Shown: positions 20,335 to 29,320 of the stretch, one piece after another
Layout: the number at the start of each line of letters is the position of its first letter
Position numbering within the stretch: the stretch's first letter is position 1
The notes under the pieces: model-generated
Told to the model about the DNA's origin: nothing
Database searches by the model: none
What the model saw: the letters and a program-made list of their open reading frames with translations, nothing else
Assembly: GCA_963718665.1 (NCBI GenBank)
Contig: OY970359.1
Span: forward strand, 608,001 to 672,000
DNA length: 64,000 bases
Source: an uncultured Phycisphaerales bacterium
Lineage (GTDB): Bacteria > Planctomycetota > Phycisphaerae > Sedimentisphaerales > Anaerobacaceae
Direction of reading: 5' to 3'
Made by a program: the position numbers and the translations under genes

Positions 20335-20782
20335 AAAGGGAAAACATACGCGTAAATATTGCTCGGTATCGCTATATTTATTATTGTCTTTGGAACTACT
20401 ATGTATCAGCGGATGTCAAGTCGCAGGCGGTGGTGGCATGTTCTATTGCCCTCCAAACAATATTATTTGCGATAAACCATGGTATATTACAGTGAAATAT
20501 GTGGTTGTTCCGATTGACCCGAAAGAAAGATATGGTAAGCTGACTGAAAGATATAAAGATGTTATGATACATATTCGCAATTCCGTAAATAGTGATTTTG
20601 TCGCCGTGCCTATGGTTGTAGAGAACGCGAATCCAGCAAAGGGCGAAATACAATACATCGCAAATATGAAAGCGATTCCCTGTAACGCCGGTATTACGTA
20701 TGTGGAATATTATATAGATGAAATGTTTAAGGGTGTTTACAATGGAACAAAATCATACAGGGTCCCCGTAAACAAAAACTGA
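20327..20782 (+). CDS. Small lipoprotein (copy D)
   Basis: Lipobox ISGC; divergent homologue of 10217-10681. Confidence 0.65.
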   Translation: MNKKGKHTRKYCSVSLYLLLSLELLCISGCQVAGGGGMFYCPPNNIICDKPWYITVKYVVVPIDPKERYGKLTERYKDVMIHIRNSVNSDFVAVPMVVENANPAKGEIQYIANMKAIPCNAGITYVEYYIDEMFKGVYNGTKSYRVPVNKN

Positions 20783-20814
20783 TTTTTAGTATGTAACCTC
20801 CATGGGAAATCTAA

Positions 20815-21975
20815 ATGAAGAAGGCAGCGTTATTTTGTCTTATAGTAGTGTGTATTTTATGCGGATGCAGGCACAATCAGAATCAGGACGCAGAATATAT
20901 TCAGAGATATGGAATGATGGTTGGTTATGTTCCCGGACCATTTTTTCACTATGGTCAAACCAAACTGGCCGAATCGCGTCATTTTGACCTCGGTGATATT
21001 CCGCATGAAGTTCATAAAATAACAGCTACTATTCCTTTCACCAATCAAGGCAGAGAAACGTTGATTATCAAAAAAGTTGATAGCCCCTGCCCCTGCTTTG
21101 CCGGATGGGATGGCGATAAAGAGCTTGCCCCTCGCCAAAAAGGGGTGATTTACCAAAAGGGAGTGATTAATGTTTACTTCGACAAGGACAAAATAGAATC
21201 CGGACACGTAACCCGTTTTGTGCGTATAAATACAAATGACCCGTCCAATAACGAAATAAAAATATTCTTCGACTTCAATGTTATGCGCAGCCCGGAAGAA
21301 GAAGATATTCGCTCGTTACGAGATGAAGTCCAGAGGATAAAAGGCGAGTTGCAGACCCTTCGTAAGGAGATTCGACAGTTTACTCCCGCAAAAAACGCAA
21401 GCAATAACAGGAGAGCTGCCCCCGCAAACAATCCGGACACGAATGTTTACGACGTTAATATCGGCACATCACCCACCCTCGGTCCGGATAGTGCCCCTGT
21501 TACAATTGTTGAATTTTTTGACTTCCAGTGCCCGTTCTGCACAAAGGAATATCCAAAGATTAAGCAAATTATGGCTGAATACCCCGGCAAAATACGGCTT
21601 GTCTTTAAGCATTTCCCGTTGGATTTTCACAAGCAGGCCTTCGCCGCCAACGCCGTAACGGAATTTGCTCTTCGTCAAAAAGGGCCGGAAGCTTTCTGGG
21701 AGCTTCACGACATGATTTTGGCTGACCCCGAAAAAATCGACGCCGCAACTTTACGAGCATACGCACAAAAACTCGGATTGGATATAACCGAATTGGACAA
21801 ACTCTGGGCGGATGAGAAGGCGATAGTAGAATTACTAAAGGCAGACAAAGAACTGGCAGAAAAATGCAACGTCAACAGCACGCCCACAATATTTATCAAT
21901 GGCAGGAAACTTACTGACCGTTCTCTGGATGGCTATCGCAACAAAATTAAGGAAACGCTGAGCCAGGCCAAATAA
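20815..21975 (+). CDS. DUF1573-like + DsbA-family lipoprotein (copy D)
   Basis: CPC and CPFC motifs; paralogue of 10715-11860. Confidence 0.85.
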   Translation: MKKAALFCLIVVCILCGCRHNQNQDAEYIQRYGMMVGYVPGPFFHYGQTKLAESRHFDLGDIPHEVHKITATIPFTNQGRETLIIKKVDSPCPCFAGWDGDKELAPRQKGVIYQKGVINVYFDKDKIESGHVTRFVRINTNDPSNNEIKIFFDFNVMRSPEEEDIRSLRDEVQRIKGELQTLRKEIRQFTPAKNASNNRRAAPANNPDTNVYDVNIGTSPTLGPDSAPVTIVEFFDFQCPFCTKEYPKIKQIMAEYPGKIRLVFKHFPLDFHKQAFAANAVTEFALRQKGPEAFWELHDMILADPEKIDAATLRAYAQKLGLDITELDKLWADEKAIVELLKADKELAEKCNVNSTPTIFINGRKLTDRSLDGYRNKIKETLSQAK

Positions 21976-21977
21976 TT

Positions 21978-22059
21978 CTGACTTTGAATACGCCTGCGGG
22001 ATAGAGGCAGCTATCGGCTGTTTTACGGGCTAATTATCGTTATGGTTTTGCTCTTAACA
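21978..22059 (+). repeat. Cassette junction repeat J4
   Basis: CTGACTTTGAATACGCCTGCGGGATAGAGGC plus the invariant 47-mer, 2 bp after the upstream stop codon. Confidence 0.9.
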
Positions 22060-22620
22060 GCGACTGTTTATGATGCCTGTGGTGTTGGTGGTGGTGGTCA
22101 TCCGCCTTGCCCGATATGCTATAGCTGGGGTTATGATGATGTCTTGGATGAGTGGGGATGTTATATTTGGACCTGCGGTAATCAACAGTGTTGCAACGGA
22201 ACATGTTTTGACCCTAGTACCAAGGGATGCTGTAACGGCACACTCTATAACCTTAGCACCCAGCAGTGCTGTAGTGACATCTCGCCTTCCTATGTATGTG
22301 GTATTAATCAAGCATGCTGCAACGGGTCCTGCTGTAACCCATACAAGTGCCAGACTTGTTTTAGTGGTGAATGTCAGGTTTTATACATAGTGTGTCCAAG
22401 TGCCGCTGGGGGGTGCCTGGATGGCGGAGCTTGTGGAGTCGGAAATTATCATGAAGAAATTCAGTGGCTAACCATGTATCCTATGGACGAATACCCATGT
22501 CAAGATACACTCTATACATGTACTGTGTGGACACCATTCGTAGATGAAAATTGTATGGTATCTATAGCTGTTTACTGTCCCGAAACGTATTTGGGATGTA
22601 ACCCGGCAATTGGTACTTAG
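22042..22620 (+). CDS. Cys-rich protein copy 5 (5'-truncated signal), novel short C-terminus
   Basis: Constant region up to GCCNG, then unique sequence. Confidence 0.7.
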   Translation: MVLLLTATVYDACGVGGGGHPPCPICYSWGYDDVLDEWGCYIWTCGNQQCCNGTCFDPSTKGCCNGTLYNLSTQQCCSDISPSYVCGINQACCNGSCCNPYKCQTCFSGECQVLYIVCPSAAGGCLDGGACGVGNYHEEIQWLTMYPMDEYPCQDTLYTCTVWTPFVDENCMVSIAVYCPETYLGCNPAIGT

Positions 22621-22630
22621 GAGACAAAAA

Positions 22631-23551
22631 ATGAAATCGTCTTTGGTTTTATGTTCAGTAACAATCATAGTCGGGGCATTATGCCCTTCAACAACATCGG
22701 CTATTACTGCTGATGAGATTATCAACGGATTAGAGCAAAGAGAGCAAAGCATAAAAACTATTCATGGGGAATTTGATGTATGGGCTCAAATAAGAACAAA
22801 TGATGGGAACACCGAAGAAATTGAGAAGCAATACGAATGGACCAAAAATGGGAACACCCAAAAACTAATCACAGAATACAAAATGCTACCAGAAAGGCTC
22901 AAGCCTAAAGAGCAAAATAATATATGCCCTACTTGCCCAAATCCAATGAAAATGCATGTAATGGCTAATAAGGAAATTCGCTTATTTGATGGGCAAACGA
23001 CTCAACAATTTTTACCAGAAAGCAATAGTGCCGCCATTTTCCCAGGAGACCAGATATTTTTTGCAGGTAAAGTGCCTGAAGACTGGTTGATGAAAAGAAT
23101 CAAGCGGAAATCATTGTCGGTTTTTTTAAAACAACAAGATAATTTCTTGAAATATACAGGAGACATTAATTTGGAAGGGCAGCGATGTCATATCCTAGAA
23201 TTTAGCGATCACAATACGTATGATGGCAAACTATATATTGTAGATGGACAGAAACTATTTACGACCAAATTTGAGATAAACATAATAAATCACAATCTTC
23301 CATTCAACACACGAGAAGAGGATATATTCAGCGATTTCAAATCTTACGGTAATATAACTTTGCCATCGAAGGTTACCGTGACTGTTTACGATGTTTATCC
23401 GGAGAAAGAGCAATTATCAATGAAAGAAATTTTCACCGTTAAAAAATTAGAGATTAACGGTCAAATCACTAATTCTGATTTAAGCATGCGACTCCCAGTT
23501 GGTACGCGTGTTCATGATTCCGTAGCGAATAAAGATTTTGTTGTTCATTAG
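22631..23551 (+). CDS. Exported LolA-like protein 3
   Basis: AGGAG RBS; AITADEII, LFDG, LEGQRCHILE, ITLPSK, LPVGTRV.D. Confidence 0.6.
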   Translation: MKSSLVLCSVTIIVGALCPSTTSAITADEIINGLEQREQSIKTIHGEFDVWAQIRTNDGNTEEIEKQYEWTKNGNTQKLITEYKMLPERLKPKEQNNICPTCPNPMKMHVMANKEIRLFDGQTTQQFLPESNSAAIFPGDQIFFAGKVPEDWLMKRIKRKSLSVFLKQQDNFLKYTGDINLEGQRCHILEFSDHNTYDGKLYIVDGQKLFTTKFEINIINHNLPFNTREEDIFSDFKSYGNITLPSKVTVTVYDVYPEKEQLSMKEIFTVKKLEINGQITNSDLSMRLPVGTRVHDSVANKDFVVH

Positions 23552-23571
23552 AATTTTCAAGGTGGTATTAT

Positions 23572-23654
23572 CCTGACTTTGTACCCGCCTGCGGGATACA
23601 GGCGGCCATCGGCTGTTTTACGGGCTAATTATCGTTATGGTTTTGCTCTTAACA
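23572..23654 (+). repeat. Cassette junction repeat J5 (array end)
   Basis: CCGCCTG-CGGGATA-CAGGCGG plus the invariant 47-mer. Confidence 0.9.
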
Positions 23655-23825
23655 ACGATTGTTAACGATACATACGGCCTTGGCCCGTGTTCATCAATGC
23701 CCTGCGGCCAATACGGTTTTGGCTCGTCTGCCGATTTTAAGCCCCTGTTTTACCCGCGAGGCAGGCAAATTTTACCGCCCAACCGATGTGAAAAACACCC
23801 GCTAAAACCCCAAAAAACGCCCTAA
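23637..23825 (+). pseudogene. Remnant sixth Cys-rich precursor start
   Basis: MVLLLTTIVNDTYGLGPC matches the leader, then similarity is lost. Confidence 0.6.
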
Positions 23826-23916
23826 CCCCTAACCTTCTATTAAAAAACACCATATAACCATTATCATATCCCACATAAGCCAGGCCAAAAAATCCGCCAA
23901 ATTGCAAAAAAAATGA

Positions 23917-23945
23917 TTGTTATTACCCGCTTTGACGATTACTAT
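23917..23945 (+). promoter_or_regulatory. Putative sigma70-type promoter of the nusA operon
   Basis: TTGTTA-N17-TACTAT. Confidence 0.45.
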
Positions 23946-24227
23946 ATGTTTTCGTGTGCGAAAAATTACGGCTGCCCCGTGTTCTCGGGGAATGTAGTTA
24001 GGTGTATTCGATGATTTTTGCAGGGTCTGCTTACAGTGCGTATTAGCCGAACAATTGCTCGGTTCGGCGAAGGTTTCGCGCCGATTGTGGCCGGTATGCA
24101 AGGGTTTTTGCTCCAGCGACGGCCTATGAATCGGGTTGTTATACAACATTGGGTTGAACTACGGAGGCACAAGATGTAGCGTCAAACCAACGACAACCTC
24201 GATTTATTGGGCTTGAAGCGTGGATGT

Positions 24228-24254
24228 GGAAACCGGTATGGTTTCCTTTTTTTT
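24228..24254 (+). terminator. Intrinsic terminator/attenuator upstream of nusA
   Basis: GGAAACC-GGTAT-GGTTTCC followed by a T run. Confidence 0.7.
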
Positions 24255-24312
24255 ATTGCTCGTCTCCGCGAAGACGCTGAGTCGTAGCCGGATTGTAAGG
24301 AAGCATAAACAA

Positions 24313-25548
24313 ATGAATCAGGAATTACTTAGAATAGTTGAAAACGTAGCCAGAGACAAGAACATCGACAAAGAATCCATCTTTGCCGACCTTGAGGAGG
24401 CAATGGTTTCCGCTATAAGGAAGCATTTCGGAACACCCGAAAGCGAAATCGTCGTCCAGATTGACCGGGCCAGCGGTCAGGTTACCGCCTTCAAGGATAA
24501 ACAGCCAATCAATATCAATCAGCTTGGCCGAATATCCGCTCAGACCGCCAGGCAGGTTATGGTGCAAAAAATCAAGGCCGACGAAAGAGACAGCATTTAC
24601 ACCGAGTTTGCACAGAGAAAAGGCGAAATCGTCAACGGTTCCGTAGTCCGATACGAAGGCGGTTCCCTCGTCATCGGCCTCGACCACCGCACTGAGGCGT
24701 TTATGCCGAAGGGCGAGCAGATAGTCGGCCAAACCCACAGGCCGGGCGAAAGAATCAGGTGCCTCATTCTCGAAGTCAAAGAGGTCTCAAACCAGGTTAA
24801 AATCATCCTGTCTCGGACCCACCCGGACTTCATCCGCCGGCTCTTTGAGCAGGAAGTCCCCGAAATAGCCGAGGAAATTATCGAAATAAGGGCGCTTGCC
24901 CGCGAAGCCGGCTACCGAACAAAGGTCGCCGTCGCCTCACTCGACGAAAAGGTTGACCCCGTCGGCGCCTGCGTGGGCGTCCGCGGCAGCAGAATAAAAA
25001 ATATCGTCGATGAGCTTGGCGGCGAAAAAATCGACATCGTCCGATGGAGCGATTCATCGCAGGTCTTTATTACCAACGGCCTTATGCCCGCAAAGGTTAG
25101 CGAAATCGCACTGTGCTTTGAGCTCGGCAGGGCTACCGTCGTCGTCGATGAGGACCAGCTTAGTTTGGCGATAGGCAAGCACGGTCAGAACGTCCGGCTC
25201 GCAGCCCGGCTCACCGGCTGGGATATCGATATCCTCACACCCGATGAATACAATCAGGGCATTGAACGACTCACTAAATGCGTTAAAAGTATCGAGGGTG
25301 CTGATGATACCCTCGTTGATAAACTTATTGCGCTGGGTATAATATCGATTCTCGACCTGGATGATGTCGGCGCTGAACCCCTGGTAACGGAACTCAATAT
25401 AAAACCGGAACTTGCCGGGCAGCTTATTGCCGTAGCTGTCGAAGAAGCCAAAAAACTTGCGGCTGATAGTAAACAAAAACAAGCCGAAGAACTGCTACAG
25501 GAACAAGCGCAGCAAAATCCCCCGGCAGACAGCCCTAACCAAACCTGA
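24313..25548 (+). CDS. nusA: Transcription termination factor NusA
   Basis: LGRISAQTARQV, S1 and KH domains, AREAGYRTKVAV, DPVGACVG.RG, LAIGKHGQNVRLA. Confidence 0.98.
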   Translation: MNQELLRIVENVARDKNIDKESIFADLEEAMVSAIRKHFGTPESEIVVQIDRASGQVTAFKDKQPININQLGRISAQTARQVMVQKIKADERDSIYTEFAQRKGEIVNGSVVRYEGGSLVIGLDHRTEAFMPKGEQIVGQTHRPGERIRCLILEVKEVSNQVKIILSRTHPDFIRRLFEQEVPEIAEEIIEIRALAREAGYRTKVAVASLDEKVDPVGACVGVRGSRIKNIVDELGGEKIDIVRWSDSSQVFITNGLMPAKVSEIALCFELGRATVVVDEDQLSLAIGKHGQNVRLAARLTGWDIDILTPDEYNQGIERLTKCVKSIEGADDTLVDKLIALGIISILDLDDVGAEPLVTELNIKPELAGQLIAVAVEEAKKLAADSKQKQAEELLQEQAQQNPPADSPNQT

Positions 25549-25568
25549 TTTTTGGGAGTGTCTCAGCA

Positions 25569-28163
25569 GTGGCCATAACAAGAGTATATTTGTTGGCTCG
25601 CGAACTTGGTGTCTCAAGCACCGCTATTATGAAAAAGTGCCAGGATGAGGGGCTTGACATCAAAAACCACATGGCCACTATCTCCGCCGGGCTTGCGGCC
25701 ACTATAAAAGAATGGTTCAGTGAAGGAGACCATACCACCGCCATCGAAACCGCCCAGAAGGTTGACCTCGAAAAAGCCCGCGTCAGAAAATCAAGAGGTA
25801 AAAAAACCGCCGAAGCGGAGCCAGCTACTGCCGAAATACCACAGGAAACGCCCGCTGTTACCGAGATTCAGGAAGTACCACCGGCTTTGGAAACACCGGC
25901 TGAACCGACGCCTGCCACCAACAAACCCGCCCCGCCTCAGCCGAGACACGCCGTCGCCAGAATCGAACCGCCACCAATCATACCCGCCGGTCCTATGCTC
26001 GAAAAACCCGAGCCGGCCAAACTTACAGGCCCGCAGGTCGTGCGCATCGAGGCACCGGAACCCGCACCCGCAATGCGACGACCAAGACCAAAGCCGAGAT
26101 ACGATATGCCAGTAACCTCGCCTTTGATGGCCTCCGACAAGGATGAAGATACCATCGCACCGATGAGGGGCGGACAGGTCGCCACCAAAAAACCAAAAGA
26201 ACGAACGCATGGTCGCCGGCGAACCGAATACGAAACCGAAACCGTTAAAAAAACCAAGCTGATTACCCAGAGGCGAGAAAAAGATTTAGAAGAAAGACGA
26301 GCTCGGCTCGATGCCGCAGGAAGCGAAGGTTTACGACTCAGGCCGCTGCGGAAAATCACCTCAAAAACCCACCCTGAAGCCGCACAGCCCGTAATTAAAC
26401 CTACGTCTGCCTCAATTACAGAACCCATTACCGTTAAAAGTTTGGCTGCGGCGCTGGTCGTCAAGGTCTCCGATGTAATCGCCAAACTGCTGCAGCAAAA
26501 CCTCATTGCCACCGCTAACCAGATTATCAGCACAGAAGTCGCAGAGCTTGTATCAATGGAACTGGGCATCGAATTGCACGTCGAACACAAGGCCTCCCTT
26601 GAAGACCAGATAAAAACAGAATTTGAAAACAGACCCAGACCCAACCTCAAACGACGCCCGGTTATCGCTACCATGCTCGGCCACGTTGACCACGGCAAAA
26701 CAAGCTTGCTGGATAAAATTCGTTCCACAAACGTTACCGCAGGCGAAGCAGGCGGAATCACACAGCATATAGGCGCTTATCAGGTCAACGTCGGAAAGGG
26801 CAAAGTAACATTCCTCGATACGCCGGGCCATGAGGCGTTTACGGCTATGCGGGCAAGAGGCGCGACTATGACCGACGTCGTCGTGCTCGTCGTCGCCGCG
26901 GGTGACGGCGTTATGCCCCAGACAATCGAAGCAATTCACCACGCAAAAGCAGCCAACGTTCCCGTCATCGTCGCGCTAAACAAAATCGACCTGCCCGGAA
27001 GCGATATCAACCGCGTTTACTCACAACTGGCAGAGCACGAGTTGATTCCCGTGGAATGGAGCGGAACAACAGAAATCGTTAAAACAAGCGCAACAACCGG
27101 CGTAGGTATCGCCGACCTGCTCGAACACCTCGATTACGTCGCCGAACTGCTCGACCTTAAAGCCGACGACACCATACCCGCCACCGGCTGGGTTGTCGAA
27201 GCACACCTCTCGCAAACCAGGGGCCCCGTCGCCACTGTGCTTATCAAAGAAGGCGTTATGACCAAGGGAGACATAATCCTCGCCGGCTGCGCCTACGGCA
27301 GGGTCAAAACCCTCAAAGACGGCTTCGGCAAAAGCGTCAAATCAGCGACAAGCTCAACCCCCGTCGAGGTCAGTGGTCTTCAGTTTGTCCCCAACGCCGG
27401 CGACAAATTCTACATCCTCAGCGATATTAACAAAGCCAAGGCCGCCGCCAACGAAAACCAGATGCTCCATAGAGAAGGCGCTCTCGCCAAAAGAACTCAG
27501 ATTACCCTCGATAATCTCTTCACCCATATTAAAGCCGGAACCGTCAAAGAGCTTAATCTCATCATCCGCGCCGACGTTCAGGGCTCAGTTGACGTCCTGA
27601 CTAAATATATATCCGAAACGAGCACCGCCGAAGTCAAACTCAAGATTTTGCACACCGGCACAGGCGGCATCACCGAGGGAGACGTCGTTCTCGCTGAGGC
27701 GTCAAACGCTATCGTCATCGGCTTCAACGTCGTAGCAGACGAACTCGTCGCCAAAATGGCCGAGAAAAAAGGCGTCGATATCAGGTTCTACAACATCATC
27801 TACCGCATTACCGAAGACCTCCAGAAATCGATGGTCGGCCTGCTCGAACCGGAAGAGCGGGAAAAAACCATCGGAAGAGCCGCCGTCAGAACAACTTTCA
27901 AGGTATCAAAGGTCGGAACAATCGCCGGCTGCTTTGTCAACGACGGCGTCGTCAAAAAGAACGCGAAAATTCGCCTCATACGCGATAACATCGTCATACG
28001 CGACAATATGACCATCGAGTCGCTCAAGCACTTCAAAAACGACGCCAGCGAAGTAAAAGCCGGTCTCGAATGCGGCATCAAAATCGCCCGCTTCGACGAC
28101 GTGAAAGCAGATGACATATTTGAACTTTACGAAATCCAGAAGGTGGCGAGAACCCTCCAGTAG
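25569..28163 (+). CDS. infB: Translation initiation factor IF-2
   Basis: [34 protein letters not shown]. Confidence 0.98.
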   Translation: MAITRVYLLARELGVSSTAIMKKCQDEGLDIKNHMATISAGLAATIKEWFSEGDHTTAIETAQKVDLEKARVRKSRGKKTAEAEPATAEIPQETPAVTEIQEVPPALETPAEPTPATNKPAPPQPRHAVARIEPPPIIPAGPMLEKPEPAKLTGPQVVRIEAPEPAPAMRRPRPKPRYDMPVTSPLMASDKDEDTIAPMRGGQVATKKPKERTHGRRRTEYETETVKKTKLITQRREKDLEERRARLDAAGSEGLRLRPLRKITSKTHPEAAQPVIKPTSASITEPITVKSLAAALVVKVSDVIAKLLQQNLIATANQIISTEVAELVSMELGIELHVEHKASLEDQIKTEFENRPRPNLKRRPVIATMLGHVDHGKTSLLDKIRSTNVTAGEAGGITQHIGAYQVNVGKGKVTFLDTPGHEAFTAMRARGATMTDVVVLVVAAGDGVMPQTIEAIHHAKAANVPVIVALNKIDLPGSDINRVYSQLAEHELIPVEWSGTTEIVKTSATTGVGIADLLEHLDYVAELLDLKADDTIPATGWVVEAHLSQTRGPVATVLIKEGVMTKGDIILAGCAYGRVKTLKDGFGKSVKSATSSTPVEVSGLQFVPNAGDKFYILSDINKAKAAANENQMLHREGALAKRTQITLDNLFTHIKAGTVKELNLIIRADVQGSVDVLTKYISETSTAEVKLKILHTGTGGITEGDVVLAEASNAIVIGFNVVADELVAKMAEKKGVDIRFYNIIYRITEDLQKSMVGLLEPEEREKTIGRAAVRTTFKVSKVGTIAGCFVNDGVVKKNAKIRLIRDNIVIRDNMTIESLKHFKNDASEVKAGLECGIKIARFDDVKADDIFELYEIQKVARTLQ

Positions 28164-28183
28164 GTATCGCTCTTTATACTATT

Positions 28184-28570
28184 ATGCCCACGAGAAGACA
28201 GGAGAAAATCGCACGTGTCGTAAGGGAGGCGGTTAGTGACGCCATCGCCAATCACCTCAGCGACCCGCGAATAGAATCACTTGTCAGCGTCACAAAGGTC
28301 GATGTCTCCGCGGATATGCGCATCGCCAACGTCTATCTCAGCATGTTCGGCGGCACCGAAACCGCCCAGAACAAAACCTTCATCGCGATTCTCCACGCCA
28401 GAAGACGAATCCAGATGCTCCTTGCAGAACAGGTTAAAAGCAGGTTCTGCCCCGTTATAAATCTCCACAAGGACGAAAATTTCAAGAAAACCATCGAAAC
28501 TATGAGGCTCATTGACGACCTGGCCGGTGAGTTCAAAGATAAAGATTCCATTGACCAGGAGCACGGTTGA
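28184..28570 (+). CDS. rbfA: Ribosome-binding factor A
   Basis: DPRI..VSVTKVDVSAD...A.VY; follows infB. Confidence 0.95.
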   Translation: MPTRRQEKIARVVREAVSDAIANHLSDPRIESLVSVTKVDVSADMRIANVYLSMFGGTETAQNKTFIAILHARRRIQMLLAEQVKSRFCPVINLHKDENFKKTIETMRLIDDLAGEFKDKDSIDQEHG

Positions 28571-28641
28571 TTGTTATATTTGCCGGCATGGCCGTTCCGG
28601 CCGCGTTTTCACGGGTTTAAGGCCTGTGCCACGGGATACTT

Positions 28642-29292
28642 ATGAAAGACAGTAAAGAATACTCGAAAAAAATTCAAAAACTATATCGCTCACTGAAGCG
28701 AAAACCGGGCAAGCATCACCCTGTTGAATACGATGAGCCCGTTGACGCACTCGTATTTGCCATCGTAAGCGAAAACCTCACGGAATCGCACGCGCAGGCT
28801 GCGATTAAAAAGCTCAAGGACTACTTTGTTGACTCGAATGATTTGCGGGTGGCAACCATCGAGGAAATAGTCGAAGTCCTCGGCCCGGATTTCGAGCCGG
28901 CACGCAGTATTGCCGCCACACTCGTCAGCGTGCTTAACGCCGTATTCAACAAACACAATATGCTCGGCCTGCAGTCGCTTCGCAAATTAGGCAAAAGGCC
29001 CACGAAAATACTGCTCGAAAAACTCAACGGCGCAACCCCCTTCGCCGTCGATTACTGTATGCTCACCTCAATGCAGGGCCACGCCATACCGCTGACCCCG
29101 AAAATGATTGAGTTTCTCAAAACCGGCCAGTTCATCCACGCCGAAGCCATTTACGAAGAAATCGAAGGGTTTCTCTGCCGGCTGATTTCAATCAAAAACG
29201 CCTGTGAATTTTACTCGCTCCTCAGGCGCGAAAGCGAATCGCCCAAAAAACAGCCGCCAAAAACAAAAAAGAAAATACAAAAAAATCCGTAA
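28642..29292 (+). CDS. Hypothetical protein, HhH-GPD/endonuclease III-like N-terminus
   Basis: LVFAIVSE, FVD.NDLRV...EI pattern; no Fe-S cluster motif. Confidence 0.55.
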   Translation: MKDSKEYSKKIQKLYRSLKRKPGKHHPVEYDEPVDALVFAIVSENLTESHAQAAIKKLKDYFVDSNDLRVATIEEIVEVLGPDFEPARSIAATLVSVLNAVFNKHNMLGLQSLRKLGKRPTKILLEKLNGATPFAVDYCMLTSMQGHAIPLTPKMIEFLKTGQFIHAEAIYEEIEGFLCRLISIKNACEFYSLLRRESESPKKQPPKTKKKIQKNP

Positions 29293-29320
29293 ATAACGCA
29301 ACTTTTCGAAAGAATATAAA

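Noticed and set aside
6291..23825. Diversity-generating retroelement
   Set aside because: No reverse transcriptase; differences between copies are block-wise and not evidently adenine-specific.
6291..23825. Integron or prophage as origin of the array
   Set aside because: No integrase or phage genes; junctions lack RYYYAAC/GTTRRRY attC ends.
24220..24312. Extended N-terminus for nusA
   Set aside because: Overlaps a terminator hairpin; the NusA-like sequence starts at ATG 24313.
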